Below are positions 38,410 through 47,207 of a stretch of DNA of 64,000 bases, piece by piece. Made by a program: the position numbers and the translations under genes. The notes beneath the pieces are model-generated. The model was not told the DNA's origin. It saw only the letters and a list, made by a program, of their open reading frames with translations, and did not search any database. Each line of letters opens with the position of its first letter. Position 1 is the stretch's first letter. The DNA is from a virus: the IMG/VR virus record IMGVR_UViG_3300008017_000012. One strand, written 5' to 3'.

Positions 38410-38832
38410 ATGATCTTATATATTAGATTGGCCGGTATCACCCCGGAAACTTACACCGATGAATTAGCACGTACCGCCTTGCACAGTGCCGCGCTGGAGA
38501 TTCAAGGGCTGAATGCCGCAGTGCCGGGCCTTGCGTTTGACCCAATTAAATCAACCCCAGCGACATGGGATGAGGATGGTAACACAGACCTGCTCACCAG
38601 GCCGATTGAGACCTTTTTAGGCAACTGCAACACGCCGCCGAACGCATGGGGAGATGTAGGCGTACAGATTGACAATTACAACTGGCTGGAACTACCGCCG
38701 GGAATCGCGCCCAAAACGTTTTCTATTACCCTTGGTCGACCGATCCGTCAAACCGTTGACGCTGAGGGCAACCCGGTAACGGTGGAGGTTGGCATGATAG
38801 CCGGGGCGACGATTGAGCCGGAGACGTTATGA
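38410..38832 (+). CDS. Hypothetical protein
   Basis: AAGGAG RBS; island codon usage. Confidence 0.65.
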   Translation: MILYIRLAGITPETYTDELARTALHSAALEIQGLNAAVPGLAFDPIKSTPATWDEDGNTDLLTRPIETFLGNCNTPPNAWGDVGVQIDNYNWLELPPGIAPKTFSITLGRPIRQTVDAEGNPVTVEVGMIAGATIEPETL

Positions 38833-39044
38833 GTGACAAGTACAGCCAAAAATGGGTAACGCTCTTTTCCAAAGCGGATAAGTGGGCCATTACCTTAGGG
38901 CAGACAACCTATTACAGCTGCAACGAATTTGCAATCACACCAAGCTGGAGACGGCACGAAGAGGAGCATAAACGCCAGTGGCGTGAGCACGGTTGGCTCT
39001 TTGCGTTGAAATACTTGTGGGAGTTGCGCAAGGGGTTGAAGTAG
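38829..39044 (+). CDS. Small HExxH-like protein, possibly truncated at the island edge
   Basis: WRRHEEEHKRQW...KYLWE; ends exactly where GC content drops. Confidence 0.5.
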   Translation: MSDKYSQKWVTLFSKADKWAITLGQTTYYSCNEFAITPSWRRHEEEHKRQWREHGWLFALKYLWELRKGLK

Positions 39045-39057
39045 TTAAAAATATTTT

Positions 39058-39110
39058 TATAAATAAATATAAATAAGTATGAAAAGCTATGAAATAAATT
39101 TTTATAAATA
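39058..39110 (+). promoter_or_regulatory. Three TATAAATA late-promoter boxes
   Basis: At 39058-65, 39068-75 and 39103-10, followed by an AGGAG RBS. Confidence 0.7.
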
Positions 39111-39129
39111 CTATTAGGAGAAACAAAAA

Positions 39130-39288
39130 ATGAAAGTAGTTAGAGTGACAAATGAAGAGTTTGAATTAGAAGATGGGTCTATTCATCCTATCTTGTTTGA
39201 ACTTGATTATACTCCTACCGTAGAAGAATTTCAACTTATATACGATGAATCAGTAAAACAACTGGAATCTATACTACATGACAAATGA
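39130..39288 (+). CDS. 52-aa acidic ORF coupled to IS607 tnpA
   Basis: MKVVRVTNEEFELEDGSIHPILFELDYTPTVEEFQLIYDE...; its stop overlaps the tnpA start region. Confidence 0.7.
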   Translation: MKVVRVTNEEFELEDGSIHPILFELDYTPTVEEFQLIYDESVKQLESILHDK

Positions 39289-39901
39289 AAAATTATATAC
39301 ATTATCTGATGTAGCCAAATTATTAAATGTTCATCAAGACACTTTAAGACTATGGGATAAATCTGGTAAATTGGTTTCTATAAGAACTAAAGGTGGGCAC
39401 AGACGATATAAAGAATCTGTTGTTCATGAAATGATGAATATTATCAAAGAGCCAGAAGTTATATCCAATGTAATTTGTATTTACTGTAGAGTATCATCAA
39501 ATGAACAGAAAACCAAAGGTGATTTAGAAAGACAGAAGCAACGTCTATATGAATACTGTATACAAAAGAAATACATAGTTGAATACATTTTTGAAGAAGT
39601 TGGTAGTGGGTTGAATGATAAAAGACCTAAACTACTCAAGATGATGGATTTAGCTAAAGAAAGAAAACTAACTAAAATAGTTATAGAGCATAAAGATAGA
39701 TTGATTAGATTTAATAAAAATATACTAATCAAGTATTTTGAAAGTCATGGTGTTACCGTAGAATGGAGTCAAGAAACATTAGAACTGTCATACCAAAATG
39801 AACTAGTAGAAGATATGCTTTCACTTATAGCCTCATTCAGTTCTAAACTTTATGGTAAACGTAGTGCTGAAAATAGAAAAATTAAAAAAAGAGAACTCTG
39901 A
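39278..39901 (+). CDS. tnpA: IS607-family serine recombinase TnpA
   Basis: N-terminal MerR-like HTH (TLRLWD..GKL..IRT.GGHRRY); YCRVSS, EVGSGLN.KR, EHKDRL.RF, ELVEDML. Confidence 0.95.
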   Translation: MTNEKLYTLSDVAKLLNVHQDTLRLWDKSGKLVSIRTKGGHRRYKESVVHEMMNIIKEPEVISNVICIYCRVSSNEQKTKGDLERQKQRLYEYCIQKKYIVEYIFEEVGSGLNDKRPKLLKMMDLAKERKLTKIVIEHKDRLIRFNKNILIKYFESHGVTVEWSQETLELSYQNELVEDMLSLIASFSSKLYGKRSAENRKIKKREL

Positions 39902-40058
39902 TGAATAAAAATACTCCACTAATAACACCGACTTTTAAAAAGAGTTATCCTATAATAGATATAGAACCTAAAATTATGACAGATTGGGAATTTACTATTC
40001 GTAAGCTAAAACTATTAACATTGTGTTGTAGAGGTGAAGATGGATGGTGTAGATTAAA

Positions 40059-41273
40059 ATGATTAGAACAACAGAACATTCATTAAAATATATTACTGAC
40101 TACAAGAAACAAAAACTTGATATTTTGTTTGATGAATATCAACGTGTAGTCAACCAATATATTAATGTGTTCTGGAATCAAACATCATGGAAATCTAAAG
40201 CAACAGCAGATGAATATAAATTAGTAGATTCTTGGCTTATGGGTAAAGTGATGAAGTGTGCTTATGCTCAAGCTATACAAATGATTCGTTCAACCAAAGA
40301 TAAACAAAAGAAATTAGTTTACAAACAATACAAAAGAGTTTATAGTAAAGCTAAACGTAAGAATAAAAATTGGGATATAGTAAATCAAACCTTTACGGTT
40401 TGGAGCAAAGATAAAACTTTCAGAGATAGAACTAAAATTCCTTTCTTCTCTGGAGATTCTATAGAACTCAATTCTGACTTATGTAAGATATATCAAGATG
40501 TCTCTATATCTCATTTTGATATGGTTGTTAGATTGGGTTCGATATGGGGAAATAGGCTTTCATTAGAGTTACCAATAAGAAAGCACAAACATTTCAATCA
40601 ACTGTTTGCATCTGGTTTTGGTGTAAAAACGTCTTTGAGATTGAGTAGAAAGAACAACAAATATAGCATCAATCTCTATATGTCAAAAGACTTTGAACAA
40701 GTAAAAGATGAAGGGAATATTATAGGGATTGACGTTGGCATTAAAAAACTTATGTCGGTTAGTGATGGTACTTTTATTGGAACTGATATAGAATCAATTA
40801 TTAGAAAGTATAAAAGAAGAAAGCAAAATAGCAAAAACAGTAAGAAAACATTAAAGCAAATAAAAGACTATATCGGGCATTCTGTTAATCAACTCAACTT
40901 TACTGATACACAATGTATTGTTATGGAAGAGTTAAAGCCAAGTAATATGTTAGTCAAAGGTAAATCTAGTAAAGAGTTTAGAAAAATATTAAGTAAATGG
41001 AATCAAAACTTGTTAGTGGAAAGAATACAAAATAAATGTGAGCTTAACCGTGTTGAGCTTCAGTTTGTTTTACCACATCATACAAGTCAGCAGTGTTCTC
41101 AATGTGGAGAAATCCATAAAGAGTCAAGAAAAGGCGAACTATATCAATGTGTTGGTTGTGGTTATACGATAGATGCAGACTACAATGCTTCATTGAATAT
41201 AGTTAATAAATTCTTGAATAAGGAATTTACCGTTCCTTCTAATACAAAAACTACCATTCCTAGATTTTCATAG
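40059..41273 (+). CDS. tnpB: TnpB RNA-guided RuvC nuclease
   Basis: GIDVG (D), VMEEL (E), TSQQCSQCG...CVGCG zinc finger, DADYNAS (D); all three acidic residues present. Confidence 0.93.
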   Translation: MIRTTEHSLKYITDYKKQKLDILFDEYQRVVNQYINVFWNQTSWKSKATADEYKLVDSWLMGKVMKCAYAQAIQMIRSTKDKQKKLVYKQYKRVYSKAKRKNKNWDIVNQTFTVWSKDKTFRDRTKIPFFSGDSIELNSDLCKIYQDVSISHFDMVVRLGSIWGNRLSLELPIRKHKHFNQLFASGFGVKTSLRLSRKNNKYSINLYMSKDFEQVKDEGNIIGIDVGIKKLMSVSDGTFIGTDIESIIRKYKRRKQNSKNSKKTLKQIKDYIGHSVNQLNFTDTQCIVMEELKPSNMLVKGKSSKEFRKILSKWNQNLLVERIQNKCELNRVELQFVLPHHTSQQCSQCGEIHKESRKGELYQCVGCGYTIDADYNASLNIVNKFLNKEFTVPSNTKTTIPRFS

Positions 41274-41305
41274 GTTTGGTTGAACGGTATTTTACTAATC
41301 AGAAA

Positions 41306-41599
41306 TTAAATAGTATCAGATTTTGGTGAACCACTAACAATTGTTGCTATCATAGGGCCAATAACAGAATCCCCAACTCTACCAACACCTCTTCCTTCTA
41401 TAGTAGAAACAGAGCTACCAGAAGCAACAACACCAGTATGGCCACAACTAAAAGTCACAATATCACCAACTCTGACCCCTGGTTTATCATCAATAAAAAC
41501 AACATTAGAGCCACTTGATATAACACCAGTAACAGAAATAGGTTTATCATGTGCTCTACAAATACCAGTTGCAATATCACCTACTCTTGCTAATTGCAT
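41306..41599 (-). CDS. PAAR-repeat spike tip protein (T4 gp5.4-like)
   Basis: ARVGD repeats, CRAH and CGH metal ligands. Confidence 0.9.
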   Translation of the reverse strand: MQLARVGDIATGICRAHDKPISVTGVISSGSNVVFIDDKPGVRVGDIVTFSCGHTGVVASGSSVSTIEGRGVGRVGDSVIGPMIATIVSGSPKSDTI

Positions 41600-41611
41600 A
41601 TTAAAATTTCA

Positions 41612-42316
41612 TTAAAGCAAAGGAATTTGAGGGAAGAGAATATTAAAATCATTATTCATACCTCTATCAATAATAAATTCTTCTAATTTCATATCATCAA
41701 GCAAATAATCTTTTGTAGATTTAAAAATATCTTTAGTTTTAGATGAGCGAAAAAGTTGAAAGAGGACTTTATCAGAAATTGCATTTTGAACAGAATCGGG
41801 TAAATTTTTCCAAGAATCTAATTCAGCAATAGCATGAGCAGGTATATCAATTTCGATAATATTAAATTCAGGTGTTTTTTCTATAGTAACAGAATAATTA
41901 GGTGGATCAAAAGGAGCAGGGCCACCAGATGCATCTTCATTAATTAATTCTGTAGCAATAAAAGGTAATACAGTAATTATCTCATTAGAAGTTGGTAATT
42001 CATATATTGGTGTAAGATTTAATAAAGAATTATTAGTACAAATATCAACTGGATCAATATTATTTTCGACAAAAATTGTTGAATATTTTAGTGAACAATA
42101 AGAATATAAAGTTGTTAATTGTGATTTAATAACATCAGAAGTTATTAAATTATTATATGAGATTGCATTTATCCAATCTTCAATATTTGTTCCTGTTTCA
42201 TCAGAGACAAGATAGCCTTGAGATTCTAAATCAGCAATGAAAGAAGATTTTTCAACATTCATTGCTGAAATAATATCAGATTTCCAAATTACTAAATTTT
42301 CTTCAGTTAAAATCAT
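41612..42316 (-). CDS. Hypothetical protein
   Basis: Long ORF in an operon with PAAR. Confidence 0.6.
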   Translation of the reverse strand: MILTEENLVIWKSDIISAMNVEKSSFIADLESQGYLVSDETGTNIEDWINAISYNNLITSDVIKSQLTTLYSYCSLKYSTIFVENNIDPVDICTNNSLLNLTPIYELPTSNEIITVLPFIATELINEDASGGPAPFDPPNYSVTIEKTPEFNIIEIDIPAHAIAELDSWKNLPDSVQNAISDKVLFQLFRSSKTKDIFKSTKDYLLDDMKLEEFIIDRGMNNDFNILFPQIPLL

Positions 42317-42318
42317 TT

Positions 42319-42453
42319 TTATTTACGAGGTTTTTGTTTTAAAAAAGTAGGGCACAATGCCATTTTATTACTATCTTCATATTTACATTTATTGCCATGG
42401 AAAGAAGATTTAATACATTCAGCACAAATTGTTACATTTTTAGATTCTTCCAT
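42319..42453 (-). CDS. Small Cys-rich protein, 44 aa
   Basis: MEESKNVTICAECIKSSFHGNKCKY...LCPTF; AAGGA RBS. Confidence 0.5.
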   Translation of the reverse strand: MEESKNVTICAECIKSSFHGNKCKYEDSNKMALCPTFLKQKPRK

Positions 42454-42479
42454 TTTTACATTCCTTTTCTTAGTTAAAT

Positions 42480-42695
42480 TTATTTTCCAAAATTTTTATA
42501 ACTTGCATAAAGATCCCAGAATCCATAAAAATCCATATTTTCAATTCTTAACCCTTGAAACATTTTCTTTGCTTTATTTAATAGTCTTTTATATTTTACA
42601 GGGTATTTTTCATCATCAAGCAATTCAATTTCATCTAATAAATCACACAATTGAACAGTTAACATAGTTTTTGGTTTATCACCAGATATATTCAT
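42480..42695 (-). CDS. Hypothetical protein
   Basis: AGGAG RBS. Confidence 0.6.
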   Translation of the reverse strand: MNISGDKPKTMLTVQLCDLLDEIELLDDEKYPVKYKRLLNKAKKMFQGLRIENMDFYGFWDLYASYKNFGK

Positions 42696-42705
42696 TTAAA
42701 TACTC

Positions 42706-43305
42706 CTAAAACAATCCTATAAAAATACTATCTGTTATGTCATATTTTGTTTCTATATTATATTTATTATAGGTTATATAGTCAATTATTTTATTTTGAA
42801 TTTCTTTATTTAATTTTAACCAAGTTTTTTCTTTAATAGAAGCATCAAGTTCAAGATTTTTATTAAAAAGTAATATTTCTTTACGATTGTTACCTTTTTC
42901 CCCTTGTGAACTTTTCTTTAATAATTTTAATCTTTTCTTTGCTTCAGCTAATTCTTTTCTTTCATATTTATTAAATAAAGGATTTCTCCAAGTTAAAACA
43001 GGTATAATTTCTAATTTTGAATTAGGAAATTCTTGAACAATTTTACAACGAAGATACCAGAATTGACCAGTAATAATATCTTTTGCTCCTGATATTGAAT
43101 TAAAAGAAAGTCCTTCTATTCTAATAAAATCTGGATTTTCATTTTTTTCTTTTATCCAATTAATGATTTTATTACAATTATCTAATATAAGGTCTTCATC
43201 TTTAGCAGTTTTATTTTTAATAACAGAAAAATCAATTAAAGTATTTTTTACAACATAAGAAATACCAGTTGATCTTAAAGATAAATCAATAGCAATAATT
43301 TTCAT
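42706..43305 (-). CDS. RuvC-like Holliday junction resolvase
   Basis: IAIDLSLRSTG, IEGLSF, DITDSIFIG catalytic pattern. Confidence 0.8.
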   Translation of the reverse strand: MKIIAIDLSLRSTGISYVVKNTLIDFSVIKNKTAKDEDLILDNCNKIINWIKEKNENPDFIRIEGLSFNSISGAKDIITGQFWYLRCKIVQEFPNSKLEIIPVLTWRNPLFNKYERKELAEAKKRLKLLKKSSQGEKGNNRKEILLFNKNLELDASIKEKTWLKLNKEIQNKIIDYITYNKYNIETKYDITDSIFIGLF

Positions 43306-43358
43306 AATAGTAAATTCCTTTAAATATATTTATAAAAGAATTTACTCTAATATGAAAA

Positions 43359-43610
43359 TTATTTTGTACAACAACCTTCACAACAAAATGTATCACAAAT
43401 CCATTCAGGCATTTCATCATTTTTAAAACGTTCAATTACTTCAATAGTATCACCTCTTGCTAACCAAGATCTGAATGTTTTAATTTTATCGTGATTATTC
43501 CAATTTACATCATCCCATGCGGAAGCTGAAATTTTTCCACATTTTCTTTTAGCAACATACACAAAACCTAAACTTGTACTCATTGTACTAATCTCCTTCA
43601 ATATCAACAA
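43359..43610 (-). CDS. Hypothetical Cys-rich protein
   Basis: ORF; C-terminal CDTFCCEGCC. Confidence 0.55.
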   Translation of the reverse strand: MLILKEISTMSTSLGFVYVAKRKCGKISASAWDDVNWNNHDKIKTFRSWLARGDTIEVIERFKNDEMPEWICDTFCCEGCCTK

Positions 43611-43621
43611 ACTCGATAAAC

Positions 43622-44251
43622 TTAATTTTTTAAGAATTCAAATAATTTTTGTTTAACCTCAGAGTAATTTGTAGCATATTTTGTTAGATTCTCATTATAG
43701 TTTTCATTATCAGTAAAATGAGAATATTTTTCAATTTTACTCCAAGCATTTTTACCATTAAAATCAAAAATAATACCTAAACCTTTATTTTCAATATTAT
43801 GTTTCAAAATATGTAATGGATAATCATCTATTAAAATTGCATTTTTTGTTAATTTAAATTTTTCATTTAATTCTGAATAGAAATTAATTTTTAAATCAAT
43901 AGGGACTCTATCAGTTAGCCATTTTCTTTTTGCAAATTCAGTTTTTTTTGACCAAGAATGAGTTAAGATTTCAACATCATAATTAATATATAACCATAAA
44001 ATAAATTCTAAAAAACCTGGATATTCTTTTACAGATGAATAGCATTGTAAAGGGTCTTTAGTAAAATAATCTTTAACATTATTACCAAATTTATCAAACA
44101 TCCAATTATAATCAGTAATATCTTCAACAGAATAAAGAGTATTTGTATAATTATTATCAACAAGCCATTGCATCCAAGGTGACATAAAATCACAAATTGT
44201 TGAATCCATATCTAAATAGAGTTTTTTATTTGTCATTTTTAACCTTTTCAA
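43622..44251 (-). CDS. HAD-family 5'(3')-deoxyribonucleotidase
   Basis: LYLDMDSTI motif I, K..WL, ILIDD motif. Confidence 0.85.
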   Translation of the reverse strand: MKRLKMTNKKLYLDMDSTICDFMSPWMQWLVDNNYTNTLYSVEDITDYNWMFDKFGNNVKDYFTKDPLQCYSSVKEYPGFLEFILWLYINYDVEILTHSWSKKTEFAKRKWLTDRVPIDLKINFYSELNEKFKLTKNAILIDDYPLHILKHNIENKGLGIIFDFNGKNAWSKIEKYSHFTDNENYNENLTKYATNYSEVKQKLFEFLKN

Positions 44252-44504
44252 TTTTTGTTACATTAGCAACAATAAATGAACGAATTCCTTTTGCCTCAAT
44301 ATCCCAAACAACTAAATTATTTTCTGATTCTTTTCTTTGTGGTTTTTCATTAATAGTTTTTTTAGGTAATGTAGATTTATTTTCAAAATATTTTGGTAGT
44401 AATGTACATTTCATCCTTCTTGTTTCGCCATTTATTTTTGTGAAAGTTATATTATAAATTCCATATTCTAGTTCTTCTTTTAGTTCTTTTTTTGTTAAAA
44501 TCAT
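44226..44504 (-). CDS. Small SH3/WYL-like conserved T4-like protein
   Basis: ITFTK.NGETR.MKCTL...VWD....IRSF. Confidence 0.7.
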   Translation of the reverse strand: MILTKKELKEELEYGIYNITFTKINGETRRMKCTLLPKYFENKSTLPKKTINEKPQRKESENNLVVWDIEAKGIRSFIVANVTKIEKVKNDK

Positions 44505-44523
44505 TGTGACTCCTTTTGATATA

Positions 44524-44985
44524 TTAAATTCCTTTAATAATCAATTCTTTTTGGATATGTAATAAATCTTCCCAATTTTTTTTATTCATAGGTTCATGGT
44601 GGAATTTATACCAATCAGGTTTCATCATAATTTTTTGATATATTCTTTCAAATGAAGTCAACATATCTTCTTTATTAGGTACCCAATCATTAAGATATTT
44701 TTTATCATTTATATAAAGAATATCATTATGCTGAATATTGAAATTTCTTTTTTTTAATTCTGTTTTTAATTCTTTGAATCTATAATAAATATAATTTAAT
44801 TTATCATAGAAAAAATAGCCATGGCCTGTATTCAGAATATATTTTTTAGATATTTTTTCTTTTAAAATTCCATTTTTTGAATTTTTTGATTTTAAAAATG
44901 CTTTGGGCAACATTTTAATTTCTCTGTATTCAGCAAATAAATGAACATCTGCTAAAAAGTCAACAGGAATACAATTAATTCTCAT
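44524..44985 (-). CDS. denV: Pyrimidine-dimer DNA glycosylase / endonuclease V
   Basis: MRIN...L.D.HL.AEYREI...GH..FFYDK. Confidence 0.88.
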   Translation of the reverse strand: MRINCIPVDFLADVHLFAEYREIKMLPKAFLKSKNSKNGILKEKISKKYILNTGHGYFFYDKLNYIYYRFKELKTELKKRNFNIQHNDILYINDKKYLNDWVPNKEDMLTSFERIYQKIMMKPDWYKFHHEPMNKKNWEDLLHIQKELIIKGI

Positions 44986-45048
44986 GATATAATCCTTTCT
45001 ATTTTTTAAAAATACATCATATAAAGAATTATGTCAAGAAAAATAAAA

Positions 45049-45195
45049 TTAATAATCTTCATAGTCTTCACAATTAAAATTATCAATTAAATCTTCAATA
45101 TTTTTAAAATCATCTTCAGAATTGTAATTTTTATAAAGATCACTATAATCTTTATGCAAAATAAAATCATAAGCATCTTCTAAATAATCATTCAT
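45049..45195 (-). CDS. Small acidic protein, 48 aa
   Basis: MNDYLEDAYDFILHKDYSDLY...; AAGGTG RBS. Confidence 0.5.
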   Translation of the reverse strand: MNDYLEDAYDFILHKDYSDLYKNYNSEDDFKNIEDLIDNFNCEDYEDY

Positions 45196-45309
45196 AATAT
45201 CACCTTTTTTGTTAGTTAGTGGGGTAAGATTACCAATACTTACATCTTTCTACAATAAGTAGAATGCTCTTCTATGGTATTTAAGCTAACCACTAAGAAA
45301 TATAGTCAT

Positions 45310-46656
45310 TTATTTTTTAAGTATTTTTTTCAATTCCCTTAATTCAGTTAGCCATATATCTTGGATTTTTTTATTTTGGATATTAAATAAAAGTTCTTTT
45401 TTAATATCAATAATTTTTTTTAATTCATTAAAAGTTTCTATTGAAAGACTATGAATAGGCATATTAATCAAAAAAGAGAAATCTTCAAAAGAGTCAAAAG
45501 GGAAAGCTTTATTATTTTTAATTTGAGTTTCAATTTGAATTTTAGAATTTTTATTAATAATAATTTTATCGGATAAAATTTCTTTAATAAAAAAATATTT
45601 AGCACCTAAATAGAGAAGTTCTTCTTTTAGTTTTTGAATTTGGTAAAGCTTTCGTTTTTCATAATAAAGAAGTCTAATTTTAATAAAAGCATCAAGAATT
45701 TCAGTATCAGAGGTAAATTCAACAATTTGGTTATTTTCTCCAATACAAGTAAAATTTTCTGTTACTCTTCTAATTAATTTTAATTTATCTAGAATATAAT
45801 CATCATCTTTTTTTGTAAATTCCCTAGAAACTTTCAATTCAAATAAAAATGTATTATCTTCACTTTTATCAGTAAAATCATTTATAACTTTATCTTCTTC
45901 TAATTTTGATAAAATCTTATTATATTTTTCAAGGTCATACCCAACTGGTAATTCTGTAATTGTTATTGTTGTTGTATTTGTTCGTTCAAAGTTACCTATA
46001 ATTTCATACGAGAACCCGTCTAATCGCTTAATGGTGCCCTTAAAATCTTTAAAGTGTGGTAGTAGTTCAGTAGGGGTTGAATGTCTTTTTTTATTAGTTA
46101 ATTTATCTTCTAAAATATCAATTATTTCTAAAACATTACGTGATAATATTTTTTGAGCAAATCCATTACCAATACCTTCATTACCATTAATAAGAATCAT
46201 AGGAACAATAGGAATATAAAATCTTGGCTCAATAATAGTTCCTTCAAATTCTTGTGAAATTAGAATTGATTTATCTAAATCAATAAAAATCTTATCAATA
46301 ATATTATTTTTTTTTGTAAAAATATATCTTGATGCAGCAGAAGATTGAATTGTTCTTGTGCCAAATGATCCTTCAGGTAATAACAAATTTATATTATTAC
46401 TACCACAAAAATTTTGTGCCATTCCTATGACAACACCTTCAAGAGATGTTGCACCATGTATATATTCATTTTCTCTAGCTACATCTGATACAAATATAGA
46501 TACTTTTTCTTCTTTTGTACTTTTACGTTTAGTTATAGAATTTATAACTTTTCTTGCTGATGGCTTTAATCCATCAATATAATTCCCTATACTTCGATAA
46601 GAATCATATATAGCAAAATTAATATATTCTTTATCATAAAAATCTGAAATTTTCAT
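45310..46656 (-). CDS. 52: Type II topoisomerase, GyrA-like subunit (T4 gp52-like)
   Basis: DGLKPSARK, YIHG, G.FGTR, AASRYI (catalytic Tyr), EP.FY.P..P..L.NG..GIG.G. Confidence 0.93.
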   Translation of the reverse strand: MKISDFYDKEYINFAIYDSYRSIGNYIDGLKPSARKVINSITKRKSTKEEKVSIFVSDVARENEYIHGATSLEGVVIGMAQNFCGSNNINLLLPEGSFGTRTIQSSAASRYIFTKKNNIIDKIFIDLDKSILISQEFEGTIIEPRFYIPIVPMILINGNEGIGNGFAQKILSRNVLEIIDILEDKLTNKKRHSTPTELLPHFKDFKGTIKRLDGFSYEIIGNFERTNTTTITITELPVGYDLEKYNKILSKLEEDKVINDFTDKSEDNTFLFELKVSREFTKKDDDYILDKLKLIRRVTENFTCIGENNQIVEFTSDTEILDAFIKIRLLYYEKRKLYQIQKLKEELLYLGAKYFFIKEILSDKIIINKNSKIQIETQIKNNKAFPFDSFEDFSFLINMPIHSLSIETFNELKKIIDIKKELLFNIQNKKIQDIWLTELRELKKILKK

Positions 46657-46794
46657 TTAAAATATCCTTTAATACATTTCATTAGGGGCATAATATTTAT
46701 CTTATCTATTATGATCAAGAATATATTCTTGATTTTAAAAGTTCACTAGAAAATTTCATTCATTAGTATTTTTTTCTATATTATGAAATAAAAT

Positions 46795-47121
46795 TTACTT
46801 TATTTTGAAATCTTTAGATAATTTCTGATATTTAGATATATAATACCAATCTACTTTATCTTGAAACTCACGTATAAATTCTTCGGAGAGTTTTTGATAA
46901 CAGGAAATACGATCCCATTTGACTCTATTAGTAAATTCTCTAATGAAAACTTCTGATAAAGTTTGAAACTTTGAAACAGAAAGCCATTCTACTTTATCTT
47001 GAAACTCACGTATAAATTCTTCGGAGAGTTTCTGATACATACAAATTAAATCCCAATTTACTTTATCGTGATTTTCTCTAATGAAGTTTTCTGACATAGA
47101 TGTTTTGTAATTAAATTTCAT
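46795..47121 (-). CDS. Short or truncated 23-aa-repeat protein (paralogue of 304..1212 lacking the C-terminal domain)
   Basis: About 4 LSEEFIREFQDKVxW repeats; a one-base shift just before the stop would restore FKNKVN. Confidence 0.75.
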   Translation of the reverse strand: MKFNYKTSMSENFIRENHDKVNWDLICMYQKLSEEFIREFQDKVEWLSVSKFQTLSEVFIREFTNRVKWDRISCYQKLSEEFIREFQDKVDWYYISKYQKLSKDFKIK

Positions 47122-47199
47122 TTAACTCTCCTTTAGAAAGTATTGTTTCTATCTCGTTAACCACAAATATAGAATACTTCATTTCTAAAAGATTGTCAA
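47122..47199 (-). promoter_or_regulatory. Early promoter plus leader cassette, copy 3
   Basis: TTGACA (47199-47194), ATCTTTTAGAAATGAAG, TATTCT, leader, AAGGAG. Confidence 0.85.
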
Positions 47200-47207
47200 G
47201 ATATTTT

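Larger units (their letters stand above)
36175..39044 (+). other. GC-rich horizontally acquired island
   Basis: Abrupt switch to GC-rich sequence and C/G-ending codons inside the 35885 gene; return to AT-rich at 39045. Confidence 0.85.
39130..41295 (+). mobile_element. IS607-family element (ends approximate)
   Basis: tnpA plus tnpB in the same orientation; exact ends not determinable by eye. Confidence 0.8.

Noticed and set aside
40059-41273. Cas12 effector
   Set aside because: About 400 aa, linked to IS607 tnpA, with no CRISPR array or cas1/cas2; it is TnpB.
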